Shown here piece after piece: positions 41,848 through 50,800 of a stretch of 63,199 bases of DNA. This DNA is from Candidatus Woesearchaeota archaeon (GTDB lineage: Archaea > Nanobdellota > Nanobdellia > Woesearchaeales > WJKR01). The notes beneath the pieces are model-generated. The model was not told the origin of the DNA, searched no databases, and was given only the letters and a program-made list of their open reading frames with translations. The translations under genes were made by a program, and so were the position numbers. How positions within the stretch are numbered: the first letter of the stretch is position 1; each line of letters opens with the position of its first letter. The stretch is from assembly GCA_014729015.1 (NCBI GenBank), contig WJKR01000037.1, forward strand, positions 1 through 63,199, read 5' to 3'.

Positions 41848-43227
41848 ATGGACAAGCAAGGATTATGGGCGCTCACCGTCTTCGGCAAGTACATCTTAGC
41901 GCTCGCCTCGCTCATCGCCATCGTCGCCTTCATGTACACCCTCTTCGCCGACATCGAAGACCAATCGGTCGAGCAGGCGTGCAGGACGTCCATCATCACC
42001 AGAGGAGAGTTCAAATTCGGCGTGTTCAACAAGAAGGAGACGGCCAGCCTGCTCAAATTTGACAACATCTACCCTGTCCAGTGCAAGACGCAATCGGTCA
42101 TCGTCCCCGTGGACGAGCCGCCGAGGACCGCCCACGCCTCGGAAGTGCAGGAGCTCATCATGGACGACGTCGCCGACCTCATGGCCAAGTGCTGGTGGAT
42201 GTTCGCCCAAGGCCAGTACCACGACATCCTCGACGACCCGGGCAAGGACGACCAGCTCTGCCATGTGTGCTACTCCTTCACCATCGACCCCGACCTGGAC
42301 GACTACGAGCCTATCGATGTCGAAGAAGACTTCCTACCCTTCCTGTCCACGCACCCGTACCGGCCAGGACTCCTGCAAGGAGGGAACGCCCTCATCGGCG
42401 GCATCGATGACTACGAGTACCAACCGCAAGACGTCTTCGAAAGCACGAGGAAGACGAGGAGGCTGAACGAGGAACGGCTCCTCAACAGCCGCGCCGTGCT
42501 CAGAGGCGGCGTCGCGGACTTCTCAGGACTCTTCACCGAGGACCAACCATCACTGGAAAAGCTGCAACAACACCTCTCCTCGCTCGCCGGCGACGGGCTC
42601 ACCGTGGTCTACGTCATCGTACCCAGCCTGCCAGAACGCACGTTCGAGGACGACACCGACCTCGGCTTCAGGATCATCGACGAATGGCAGCTCGGCATCG
42701 ACGACAGGGAGAACGCCGCCGTCTTCCTCTTCTCGTTGAACAACGGCATCCTCCACTACGCGACCCAGTTCGGCGCGGACGCCGTCCTGCCCGATTACAT
42801 CCTCCAAGGGTTGTTCGAACCAACAGTAGGACCGTACATGGCTGTGAAGAAACCCAAGACGGCGATCCTCGAGTTCTCACAATCACTGAGCGACCTCGTC
42901 AGTGAGTACGGCGAGGAGAACGTCAAGCAAACACTGCTGTTCCAGCGCAGCTACGTCGCCTACATCACCGGCGGCAAGCAAGGAGCGACCTCGCCAGTAG
43001 CGCCGAAAGACACCGCAAAAGGAGCGATCAAGTACGACAAGGACGACGTGGAGACGATAGAGCAAGGGAAGGCGTACGCTATTTCCTACGTCTCGACGAA
43101 GTGGCGCGGCTGCACCTTCTTAGTCTCCTTCTGCAAGAGCAGTAATCCCAACGCGATAGGGCTCTCCACGCACGACAGCCTCTTCTCGCAAGGAGCGATC
43201 TGCAACATGTACACGGAGGACGGGTGA
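41848..43227 (+). CDS. pilin-like protein with TPM (TLP18.3/Psb32/MOLO-1)-like domain
   Basis: The N-terminus is MDKQGLWALTVFGKYILALASLIAIVAF. The segment GGVADFSGLF...GLTVVYVIVPSLP...IIDEWQLGIDDRENAAVFLFSLNNGILHYATQFGADAVLPDYI matches the TPM-domain pattern. Confidence 0.65.
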   Translation: MDKQGLWALTVFGKYILALASLIAIVAFMYTLFADIEDQSVEQACRTSIITRGEFKFGVFNKKETASLLKFDNIYPVQCKTQSVIVPVDEPPRTAHASEVQELIMDDVADLMAKCWWMFAQGQYHDILDDPGKDDQLCHVCYSFTIDPDLDDYEPIDVEEDFLPFLSTHPYRPGLLQGGNALIGGIDDYEYQPQDVFESTRKTRRLNEERLLNSRAVLRGGVADFSGLFTEDQPSLEKLQQHLSSLAGDGLTVVYVIVPSLPERTFEDDTDLGFRIIDEWQLGIDDRENAAVFLFSLNNGILHYATQFGADAVLPDYILQGLFEPTVGPYMAVKKPKTAILEFSQSLSDLVSEYGEENVKQTLLFQRSYVAYITGGKQGATSPVAPKDTAKGAIKYDKDDVETIEQGKAYAISYVSTKWRGCTFLVSFCKSSNPNAIGLSTHDSLFSQGAICNMYTEDG

Positions 43228-43234
43228 TACTGCG

Positions 43235-43381
43235 ATGAGACGCATGCACAAGCAAGGACAAGAGGGCGACCCCATGACGAGCGGGTTCAGCGTGACGTGG
43301 ATACTCATCGTCCTCGCCATGCTCTTGTTGCTCATTATCATCTTCGCCAAGAAGCTCAACCTCGACTTCCTCTTCGGGTGA
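43235..43381 (+). CDS. 48-aa micro-ORF with class III-like N-terminus (hand-translated)
   Basis: The product is MRRMHKQGQEGDPMTSGFSVTWILIVLAMLLLLIIIFAKKLNLDFLFG. It lies 7 nt after the previous stop and 5 nt before the next start. Confidence 0.5.
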   Translation: MRRMHKQGQEGDPMTSGFSVTWILIVLAMLLLLIIIFAKKLNLDFLFG

Positions 43382-43386
43382 CCACC

Positions 43387-44271
43387 ATGAGAAAACGCAA
43401 ACAAGGAGGCATGTTCGGCCAAATCACGAAGATAGCGTTGCTCACAGTCTTCCTCGCAGTTCTCGTCATCGTATTCTTCTCAGGGCCAGGAGCCGTGTTC
43501 GACAGCATCAAACGGATGATCCCGACGCCGACCGACTGGGTGTCCAGGGACGGGTACGACAACCCTGACGTGAACTCGCGAGAAGCGCAAGACCTCGCAG
43601 ACAAGGCCGCGGCCAAGATCGGCGCGGCGTACCACCACCTCGCCGAGGACCCATACACGGACGGCTGCTTCTACTATTTATCCAACAAGGAAATATCCTA
43701 TCTCGACAAGTACGAGCTCCACGTCAAGGACACCGGCAGCGGCGTGCATCTCTCCCTCCGACGACCCACGGCGACTGAGGAAGGCACCGTCGAGTACAGC
43801 CCCATCTTCGACACGGAGATAGAAGGCGTGGAACCCTGCCTGGTCTATGGAGAACCAGAAGCGAAGCACTTCTACGACTACTGGTTGGCTGGCGAAGCCT
43901 CGCATCCAGGCAATCATTTCAGGGTCTTCGACGAGTACTACGTCACCGGCAAGCGCATCGTCATCATAGGGGGCGACGAGGCCAAGCTGCGCTGGGAAGG
44001 CAAGGACAAGCAAGCACAGAAATCGTTCATCCTCTACAAGTACGGCGATAATATTTGCATGTTTCCGTCGAAAGCGCATACATTCGATCTTTTCACGCTC
44101 CGCTGCCAGGCGCGGGATGACTTGCTCGACCGCGACTGCTTCCGCCCAGGCGCGAAATCATCGCTGCATAACATGCCGTCAAACGACAAGCTCGCCGTGT
44201 GGAGCGCCGGCAAATGCCGTAGTTTCGCTGACACATTAGGATTACCAACAGGAGAAGGAGGGATATCATGA
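43387..44271 (+). CDS. type IV pilin-like protein
   Basis: The N-terminus is MRKRKQGGMFGQITKIALLTVFLAVLVIVFF. I trimmed it from track ORF 43297. Confidence 0.65.
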   Translation: MRKRKQGGMFGQITKIALLTVFLAVLVIVFFSGPGAVFDSIKRMIPTPTDWVSRDGYDNPDVNSREAQDLADKAAAKIGAAYHHLAEDPYTDGCFYYLSNKEISYLDKYELHVKDTGSGVHLSLRRPTATEEGTVEYSPIFDTEIEGVEPCLVYGEPEAKHFYDYWLAGEASHPGNHFRVFDEYYVTGKRIVIIGGDEAKLRWEGKDKQAQKSFILYKYGDNICMFPSKAHTFDLFTLRCQARDDLLDRDCFRPGAKSSLHNMPSNDKLAVWSAGKCRSFADTLGLPTGEGGIS

Positions 44272-44726
44272 ACAAACAAGGAGGAACATTCTCGACACTC
44301 TCAAAGGCCATCCTCGCCTTTACGCTACTCGTCGTGCTCTTATTCGTCGCCATCGACCCGTTCAGCAACGTCGCTAACTTCTTCATCAAACGAGCAGCGC
44401 TGGAAGACGCCGATTATGACCGGGACGGCAAGCTCGACGAGATCGGCGGCAGGTCCTATGACGAGTCGCCCTGCGTGTACGGCGAAGCGGTCGTCGAGAT
44501 AGCTGGCAAGTCAGAATACCTGTACGAGCTCGCCAACAACGGCGATTGCAACTTCCCAGAGATGGCCGCGCAAGGCGTCACGCTCGTCAAGATGATCGAC
44601 ACCTCGACCAACCCGCCACGAGAGGTCTGCATCTATCCCTATAAGGTGTGCCAACAAAACCTCGAAGCGTACCACGACAAGCTCATCGCGGAAGAGAAGG
44701 CGAGGAGAGAAGCAGAGAAAGGATAA
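44268..44726 (+). CDS. type IV pilin-like protein with Ca-binding-loop-like motif
   Basis: The N-terminus is MNKQGGTFSTLSKAILAFTLLVVLLFV. A DYDRDGKLDE (DxDxDG) loop is present. There is an ATGA overlap. Confidence 0.65.
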   Translation: MNKQGGTFSTLSKAILAFTLLVVLLFVAIDPFSNVANFFIKRAALEDADYDRDGKLDEIGGRSYDESPCVYGEAVVEIAGKSEYLYELANNGDCNFPEMAAQGVTLVKMIDTSTNPPREVCIYPYKVCQQNLEAYHDKLIAEEKARREAEKG

Positions 44727-44732
44727 GATAGC

Positions 44733-45977
44733 ATGCATCACTACCGACAAAAAAGAGGTTCGACACTACTCCTGGAAGTCATCATCGGCATCGTGATATT
44801 CGTCGTGCTCTTCTTCTCCACCTTCAAAGTTGCCAAGGATATCCTCGTACAAGAAGAAGCATGGCAGGAATCCTACCTGGAATTCGGCGAGCAGCTCGCA
44901 CAGATCGGCGGCGGCACGGTCGGCGAAGGCGGGAACTACCTGCTCAAGCTCAACGACGACTCGGCAGTCATCGGCCTCAACCCTGTCATGGACAGGGACT
45001 ACTACGACGTCCTCGGCGTCCAGCAGGATGCCACGAAGAAGGACATTAAAGAAGCCTATGACCAGCTCGTCGATATCTACGACCCGGAAGATCCGGCGAG
45101 CCGGCAGCCGTTAGCAGAGCTCGAGAAAGCGTACGACGTCCTCAGCGACCAAGAACGGAAGGAAGACTATGACGCCAGCGAGGCGTTCACCCACCGCAAC
45201 GGTCGGTTCGGAGACGGCGACTTCCACATCGTCTTCGCCAGAAAGAACATTGCCTTCGACTACGACCTCGTCAGCTTTCAACGGCCGGCGGTATGCGCCG
45301 CAGACCAAGCATGCCTCTGCCTGTGCAACGACCCGAAACTCATCGAGGTCACCGAGGAATACGCTGATGAACAAGCCATAAACATGGGCCATCCGACGCC
45401 GTACGACGCGGCATCGCTCTCGAAGCATCACGATGACTACGCCAGGGACGTCGCCAGCGCGAGGCAGCGAGCGATCGAATGCGGCCGCACCGAGTGCGTC
45501 GAGCTCGGAAGCTTCTTCTTCCACTCACCCACATCCTCGAAGCATCACTCCAGGCTCTACCAACCATCGACGGACACGCAGATGATCACACCCTACATGT
45601 ACGAGAACGGGTTCGCCATCGCCCGATCAGAAGAGAAGAACGAGCAACGGCAAGACCTTGACGAAAGAAGAAGGATCGAACTATGCTCCATGCACGAATG
45701 GCTCGGCTACGCCGACCAGCTCCCCCCCGCAGTGCCGCTCGTCATGCGCGTCTACCGGCCGGTGACGGTCGGCGGTAATCCGACCGTGGCGGTATGCATC
45801 CACTCGGACTGCCTGGTAGAACTGCAGGAAGCGGTCGAGGAAGACTACGAGGACAACCGACTACCGATCTCGCCCGAAGAAGAGCTCCGATACCTCAACA
45901 CAAAAGATTCCTGGACAAAAAAAGACAGTGAGCGAGCCGCAGAGCTCGAAGCGCTCATCGAAGCATCCCGAGAGTGA
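44733..45977 (+). CDS. pilin-like protein carrying a J-domain-like segment without HPD
   Basis: The N-terminus is RQKRGSTLLLEVIIGIVIFVVLFF. Residues 88-147 read DYYDVLGVQQDATKKDIKEAYDQLVDIYDPEDP...LEKAYDVLSDQERKEDYD. Confidence 0.65.
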   Translation: MHHYRQKRGSTLLLEVIIGIVIFVVLFFSTFKVAKDILVQEEAWQESYLEFGEQLAQIGGGTVGEGGNYLLKLNDDSAVIGLNPVMDRDYYDVLGVQQDATKKDIKEAYDQLVDIYDPEDPASRQPLAELEKAYDVLSDQERKEDYDASEAFTHRNGRFGDGDFHIVFARKNIAFDYDLVSFQRPAVCAADQACLCLCNDPKLIEVTEEYADEQAINMGHPTPYDAASLSKHHDDYARDVASARQRAIECGRTECVELGSFFFHSPTSSKHHSRLYQPSTDTQMITPYMYENGFAIARSEEKNEQRQDLDERRRIELCSMHEWLGYADQLPPAVPLVMRVYRPVTVGGNPTVAVCIHSDCLVELQEAVEEDYEDNRLPISPEEELRYLNTKDSWTKKDSERAAELEALIEASRE

Positions 45978-45983
45978 AGCCCC

Positions 45984-46862
45984 ATGACGCTCTTCTCTGA
46001 CAGACGAGGAAGCAACAGGATATACTTGCTCCTCATCTCTCTCACCATCACCGCGATCGTGCTGGTCATGACCTTCAACGTCGCGATCAAGCACTCCCGC
46101 GGCAAGTCCTATCAGCTCAACTTCTACGCGCAGGACATCTCACTCCTGCTCGAATCAGTGCAGGCGGTGCCCGGCGATATCACGCTCTCCTATCATTTAC
46201 AAGAAGGATTCGTCGTCCTCCTCCGAGAAGAAGAGCTCGAAGTGGTGTACAAGCCGTCAGGACTGTCCAAGACCAAGCACTACCACGTCCTCCCAGGCAT
46301 GCGCGTACAACCACAAACGGTCGAGGAATTCCTCACCATCACCAAGCGGGACGACCAGCTCGGCATCACCACTGAGCCCCCATCGGCACGACAAGGATGC
46401 CCGCCGCTCATAGGCCTCGACCCGTCAACGCTGGATATCACCGTCACCACTGAGCCCCCATCGGCGACCAGTCCGATCGGCACCGACCAGCTCGCCCGCA
46501 TCAAGGAGGGCTTCGAGTTCCTCGTCGCCAGCGAGCAAGGAACGGCTACTCCGCAAAACGCCGTCTCACTCGCCATCACCATCACCGCGCGACCATCCAC
46601 GGACGGGCTCAACTCGCTCTTCGTCGAACGACCCGAAGCAAGAGGAGACATGGAGAACAACTACCAACACTTCTTCTGCGCATTCCTCGAACACCTCGAC
46701 GACGCAGATATCACCGTGAGGGAGTCGCTCGTCCTCAGCCCCACTGACGACTATGAGTTCAAGCTTATCTTCGCCGTCACCCCGGACAACGCAGTCCTCG
46801 CAAACAGGCATACGTACGCCGACGCCTTCATCAACGCACTGACCGAGGAGGTGAGCCCATGA
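45984..46862 (+). CDS. type IV pilin-like protein
   Basis: The N-terminus is SDRRGSNRIYLLLISLTITAIVLVM. An internal (I/V)TTEPPSA direct repeat lies 26 codons apart (22-nt identical DNA at 46366 and 46444). Confidence 0.65.
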   Translation: MTLFSDRRGSNRIYLLLISLTITAIVLVMTFNVAIKHSRGKSYQLNFYAQDISLLLESVQAVPGDITLSYHLQEGFVVLLREEELEVVYKPSGLSKTKHYHVLPGMRVQPQTVEEFLTITKRDDQLGITTEPPSARQGCPPLIGLDPSTLDITVTTEPPSATSPIGTDQLARIKEGFEFLVASEQGTATPQNAVSLAITITARPSTDGLNSLFVERPEARGDMENNYQHFFCAFLEHLDDADITVRESLVLSPTDDYEFKLIFAVTPDNAVLANRHTYADAFINALTEEVSP

Positions 46863-47338
46863 ACAACAAGGGAGAAGGATTCCTCCTCAGCCTCGAGATC
46901 ACGTTCATGATTGCCACGCTGTTCTTCCTCATCTTCGGCATCGTCATGCTCCAGACAGTGATCGGCTTCGCCAAGGCAGAGAACAAGTACGCCGACGAGA
47001 TACGCTACCAGGCCTATGCCTACCAGCTCGTCAACGCACCCGCATGCTTCGCGCACGGACAACCAAACAGGGCAGAACAATACGTCATCGACCTGGACAA
47101 AGTCGACCGGGCGACGCTCGAAGCGTGCCTGCCGCAGAACGCCGCGCACGTACCGCTCCCCGTCTCCCTCACGATCAGGAATTACGAGACCCGCACCAAG
47201 ATGACCGTGAACACCACGTCATGGGACCCCGCCGCGCAACCACGATACGCCAAGGGCTTCCCCGTCACAATCAAAGATGGGACTGCCATGGAAGAAGGCC
47301 GTATCTCCTTCCTCGGCGTCGGAGAGAGGATACAATGA
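46859..47338 (+). CDS. type IV pilin-like protein
   Basis: The N-terminus is MNNKGEGFLLSLEITFMIATLFFLIF. There is an ATGA overlap. Confidence 0.65.
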   Translation: MNNKGEGFLLSLEITFMIATLFFLIFGIVMLQTVIGFAKAENKYADEIRYQAYAYQLVNAPACFAHGQPNRAEQYVIDLDKVDRATLEACLPQNAAHVPLPVSLTIRNYETRTKMTVNTTSWDPAAQPRYAKGFPVTIKDGTAMEEGRISFLGVGERIQ

Positions 47339-47865
47339 CCACGATATGGAAGAGCAAGAAAGGGTTCATGGACAAGTTCATCGACTTCATCGTCGCCCTC
47401 ATCATCTTCGCTCTCACCGTCGCCCTCATCACCATCATCTTCCTCGCCAACAACGACACCAAGCAGTCACGGCTCGCCTATGAGGACACGATGGAGAAGG
47501 TCCATGCGTCCCGCGTCATCAACGACTTCACCGACTTCGCCAAGAGAGACTGGTCAACCGGCAAGCCCATCGGCGGCCCCACCGCCACCCTGCTCCGACA
47601 CTACGAAGAGCAAGCGCAACGAGAACTCATCAAAGAACAGATACAAGAATACTTCGGCAGCTACTACGCCGGCTACAAGGTTCTCATCACCTACGACGAC
47701 GAATATGATACTATCATCCAGTACACCACGAACGAACGAGGAGGAGGACCGGTCATCGCTGCCACCGCCGTCCCCCTACAAGACGGCGTCGCCGTCATCC
47801 GCCTCATCACGTTCGACGCCGCACGTGCGGCAGCCATCTATCCAACACAAGTGCCATTTAAGTGA
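47335..47865 (+). CDS. type IV pilin-like protein
   Basis: The N-terminus is WKSKKGFMDKFIDFIVALIIFALTVALITIIF. I trimmed it from track ORF 47044. There is an ATGA overlap. Confidence 0.65.
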   Translation: MTTIWKSKKGFMDKFIDFIVALIIFALTVALITIIFLANNDTKQSRLAYEDTMEKVHASRVINDFTDFAKRDWSTGKPIGGPTATLLRHYEEQAQRELIKEQIQEYFGSYYAGYKVLITYDDEYDTIIQYTTNERGGGPVIAATAVPLQDGVAVIRLITFDAARAAAIYPTQVPFK

Positions 47866-50800
47866 ACACCATGCGAGCCAAGCATCTCAACAACAAGAAG
47901 GGCGTCATCCAGAACAGCCTCATCGCTATCGGCTTCCTCATCGCCGTGACCATCGTCGCCACCAGCTACCTCATAGCGAAGTCCTCCCTGGACGAGAAGC
48001 CCATAGGCATGGCGCAGTCAGCAGTCCTCCAGATAGCGCACGAAGGCGACAAGGCAGTCGCGTACCTCGATCAGGCAGTATCGATGGCGGAGAACACGGC
48101 GGTCAAGGACTTCACCCAACAAGGAGGCATGGTCATGGACTTCGAAGACGGCACCTATCTCTGCGGCTCGTTCATGAACAGGACGTACCTCTACACCCAA
48201 GGACAGGATTGTATCCCCAACCCTTCAAAGACCTTCCAATACTTCTTCGACGCAGCGCTGTTCACCTCATTATCAGCGCACAAGACATATCCTTACCCCT
48301 CATTCATCACCACCATCGTCGATGATAACGACAAAACCGTCATTACTGGCCAAGCGACCGAGCCGTTCACCTTCACATTCGGCGGAGGCGGCAAGGCGGC
48401 CTTCAAGCTGATGGGCAAAGAACCGTTCATCCCCGACTACCTCGGCGCCCAGCAACCAGTCACGCTCAACTACTTCAACAGGGGCGGCACGCCGGTGAGT
48501 TACATCGTCGTTCACTACACCGTCACGGACACCGCGATGCGAGCCATCGACGTACTCCGACGGCGAGGGCTCAGCTATCACTACGTCATTGACCATGACG
48601 GCACCGTCTACCAGACAGTCCCGGAATCAGGCTCTGCCCAGCACGCGGGTTGTCCCACGGCGAGCTACGGCAGGAGCTACTGCAAGCGGACGAACATGAA
48701 CCGGCCTTCCATCGGCATCAGCTTCGCCAACATGGGCTACAAGACCAGCGGGTGCGACGATGAATACCAGGACTGGTACCAGGACAGCGACGTCTGCTGG
48801 GAACCGTACACGCAAAGACAGCTCGACAGCTTCGTCAACCTCGTCGCAGACATCACCCAACGACACCCCGCGCTCGTAGAAGACGGCAGGTTCAAGGAGA
48901 GCCAGATGATCATGCACTCGGACGTCGCCACGGTCAAAGTAGACCCCGGACCGGACTTCACCCGCCAACAAGAAGACCTTATCCAACGCATCAACGACAA
49001 GATGATCACCACGACTCGTACGCCGACGAAGACTACCACGACGGCCAACGAAGCCACCATCGTCGCACCGACGCCCGAGCGGGAAGCGCGGCTCGAGGAC
49101 TACGAGCCACACATAGCCGAGTACGGCGAAACATACCACGTCGACGACGCGCTCATCAAGGCCGTCATCCTCCAATCATCAGGAGCGCGACCGAACCACA
49201 AGGGCCCGGAAGGCAACCTCGGACTCATGCAACTCCTCCCAATCTCCACCACCGGCAGGTCGATTAACCACGAGTTCTGCGTCGACCGGTGCGGCTTCTC
49301 AGCAACGTACGACGAAGCGGAATACTACGACCCGGAGAAGAACATCTGCTGCGGCACGGCGCTGCTCGCAGGCCTGGCCAAGCAGCAACCACTGCCGCGG
49401 GTCTGCTGCGAACAGGACGACGTCGCGGACTGCCCGGAGAACGAGGACTACCAGCAACCCTACCACGTCGCCGCGCAGCACTACCTCCTCAAGACATGCG
49501 ACGGCTGCAAGCACTGCGTCGACGAGGACTACGTCGCAGACGTAATGCGACTCTACGAGTACTACGGCGGCACCCACGGCCAGTTCACCGTGGATGAGGA
49601 CGCGGCGTTCGAAGCCACCTATACCATCCCGCTCTCATTCACCACCGTCGCGGACTTCGACCTCTCCTCGTACGACGAAATCGCGGCCTTCGCGAGGAGC
49701 ATCAGCGACGACTGCACCGATTATCCCCGGCGCTGCGTCCAAGAACACGTCACCAGCCACAACGCGCACGCGACGCATTACCGCGCAGACACGGCGTGCG
49801 AGGATAACGAACTCCTCCAATCATTCGTCCAACACCTCGACGCCTGCTCCTACACCCAGGACCGGCAGCCATGCTCCTTCACCCTCCCAACAACGAGCAT
49901 CACCGAACCATTCATCATCAGAATCAACGGGAGCGGCGTCTGGGAAGAGACGCTCAAGAAGACGTTGCTCGGTACCCGAATCCTCGCCACACGACCCATC
50001 ATCAGACGCGAAGGGCTTGACTACGCTGACTTCGGCAGCGGCCCGGAAAGGACGAACATCACCATCTACTTCCGAGAGGACAGGGACGGCGAGCAACTCC
50101 TCGACTTCAAGTTCAACGGGAAATTCCATGACCGGTCACAGGACAACGATCGACCACTCAACATAACGACGTTCACCTTCTTCCGCGACGACGAAGACAA
50201 CCTGATCTTCTCCTATGAGGAACTGCCGGGGAGCGTGCAAGCGCCCATCCTCTCATACCTGTTCTGCATGGAACCACTCCGGCAAACAAGCACCGCCAAC
50301 CACAACTTGTCATTCGCACTGCTCCTCCAAGACCGCGTCCCGCCGCCTGTCACCGGCCTTCAAGCAGCCTACACCCCCGCCCTGCAAGTCTTCGAGCTCC
50401 AATGGACCCCGGTCACGCAGTACGACGACGGCAAGCAGGTCCCGGACATCGCGGCCTACAAGGTCTACTGCAGCGAGCAGCCGTTCACGCAGCACCAACC
50501 GGTGCCGCCCAGCGCTTACGTCGCGAGCGTCAAGCGATCGAACAAGGGGTTCTTCCCCCCGGCAGCCTACCAGCAACAAGGCGTCATGTCATTCCCGCTC
50601 GAACGCTGCGGCGGCAAGCCCATCAGCAACTACATCGACGACCAGACGCAGACCATGTCCCTCCTGTACGTCGCGGTCACCGCGGTGGACGGCGCAGGTC
50701 AGTACAACAAGACGTATCCTTCAGTGACGCTCAGCGCTGACCTGACCCAGGCGCTCCAGTTCCCGCCAAACATGCCGGAACAGGCGAATGAGGTCATCGA

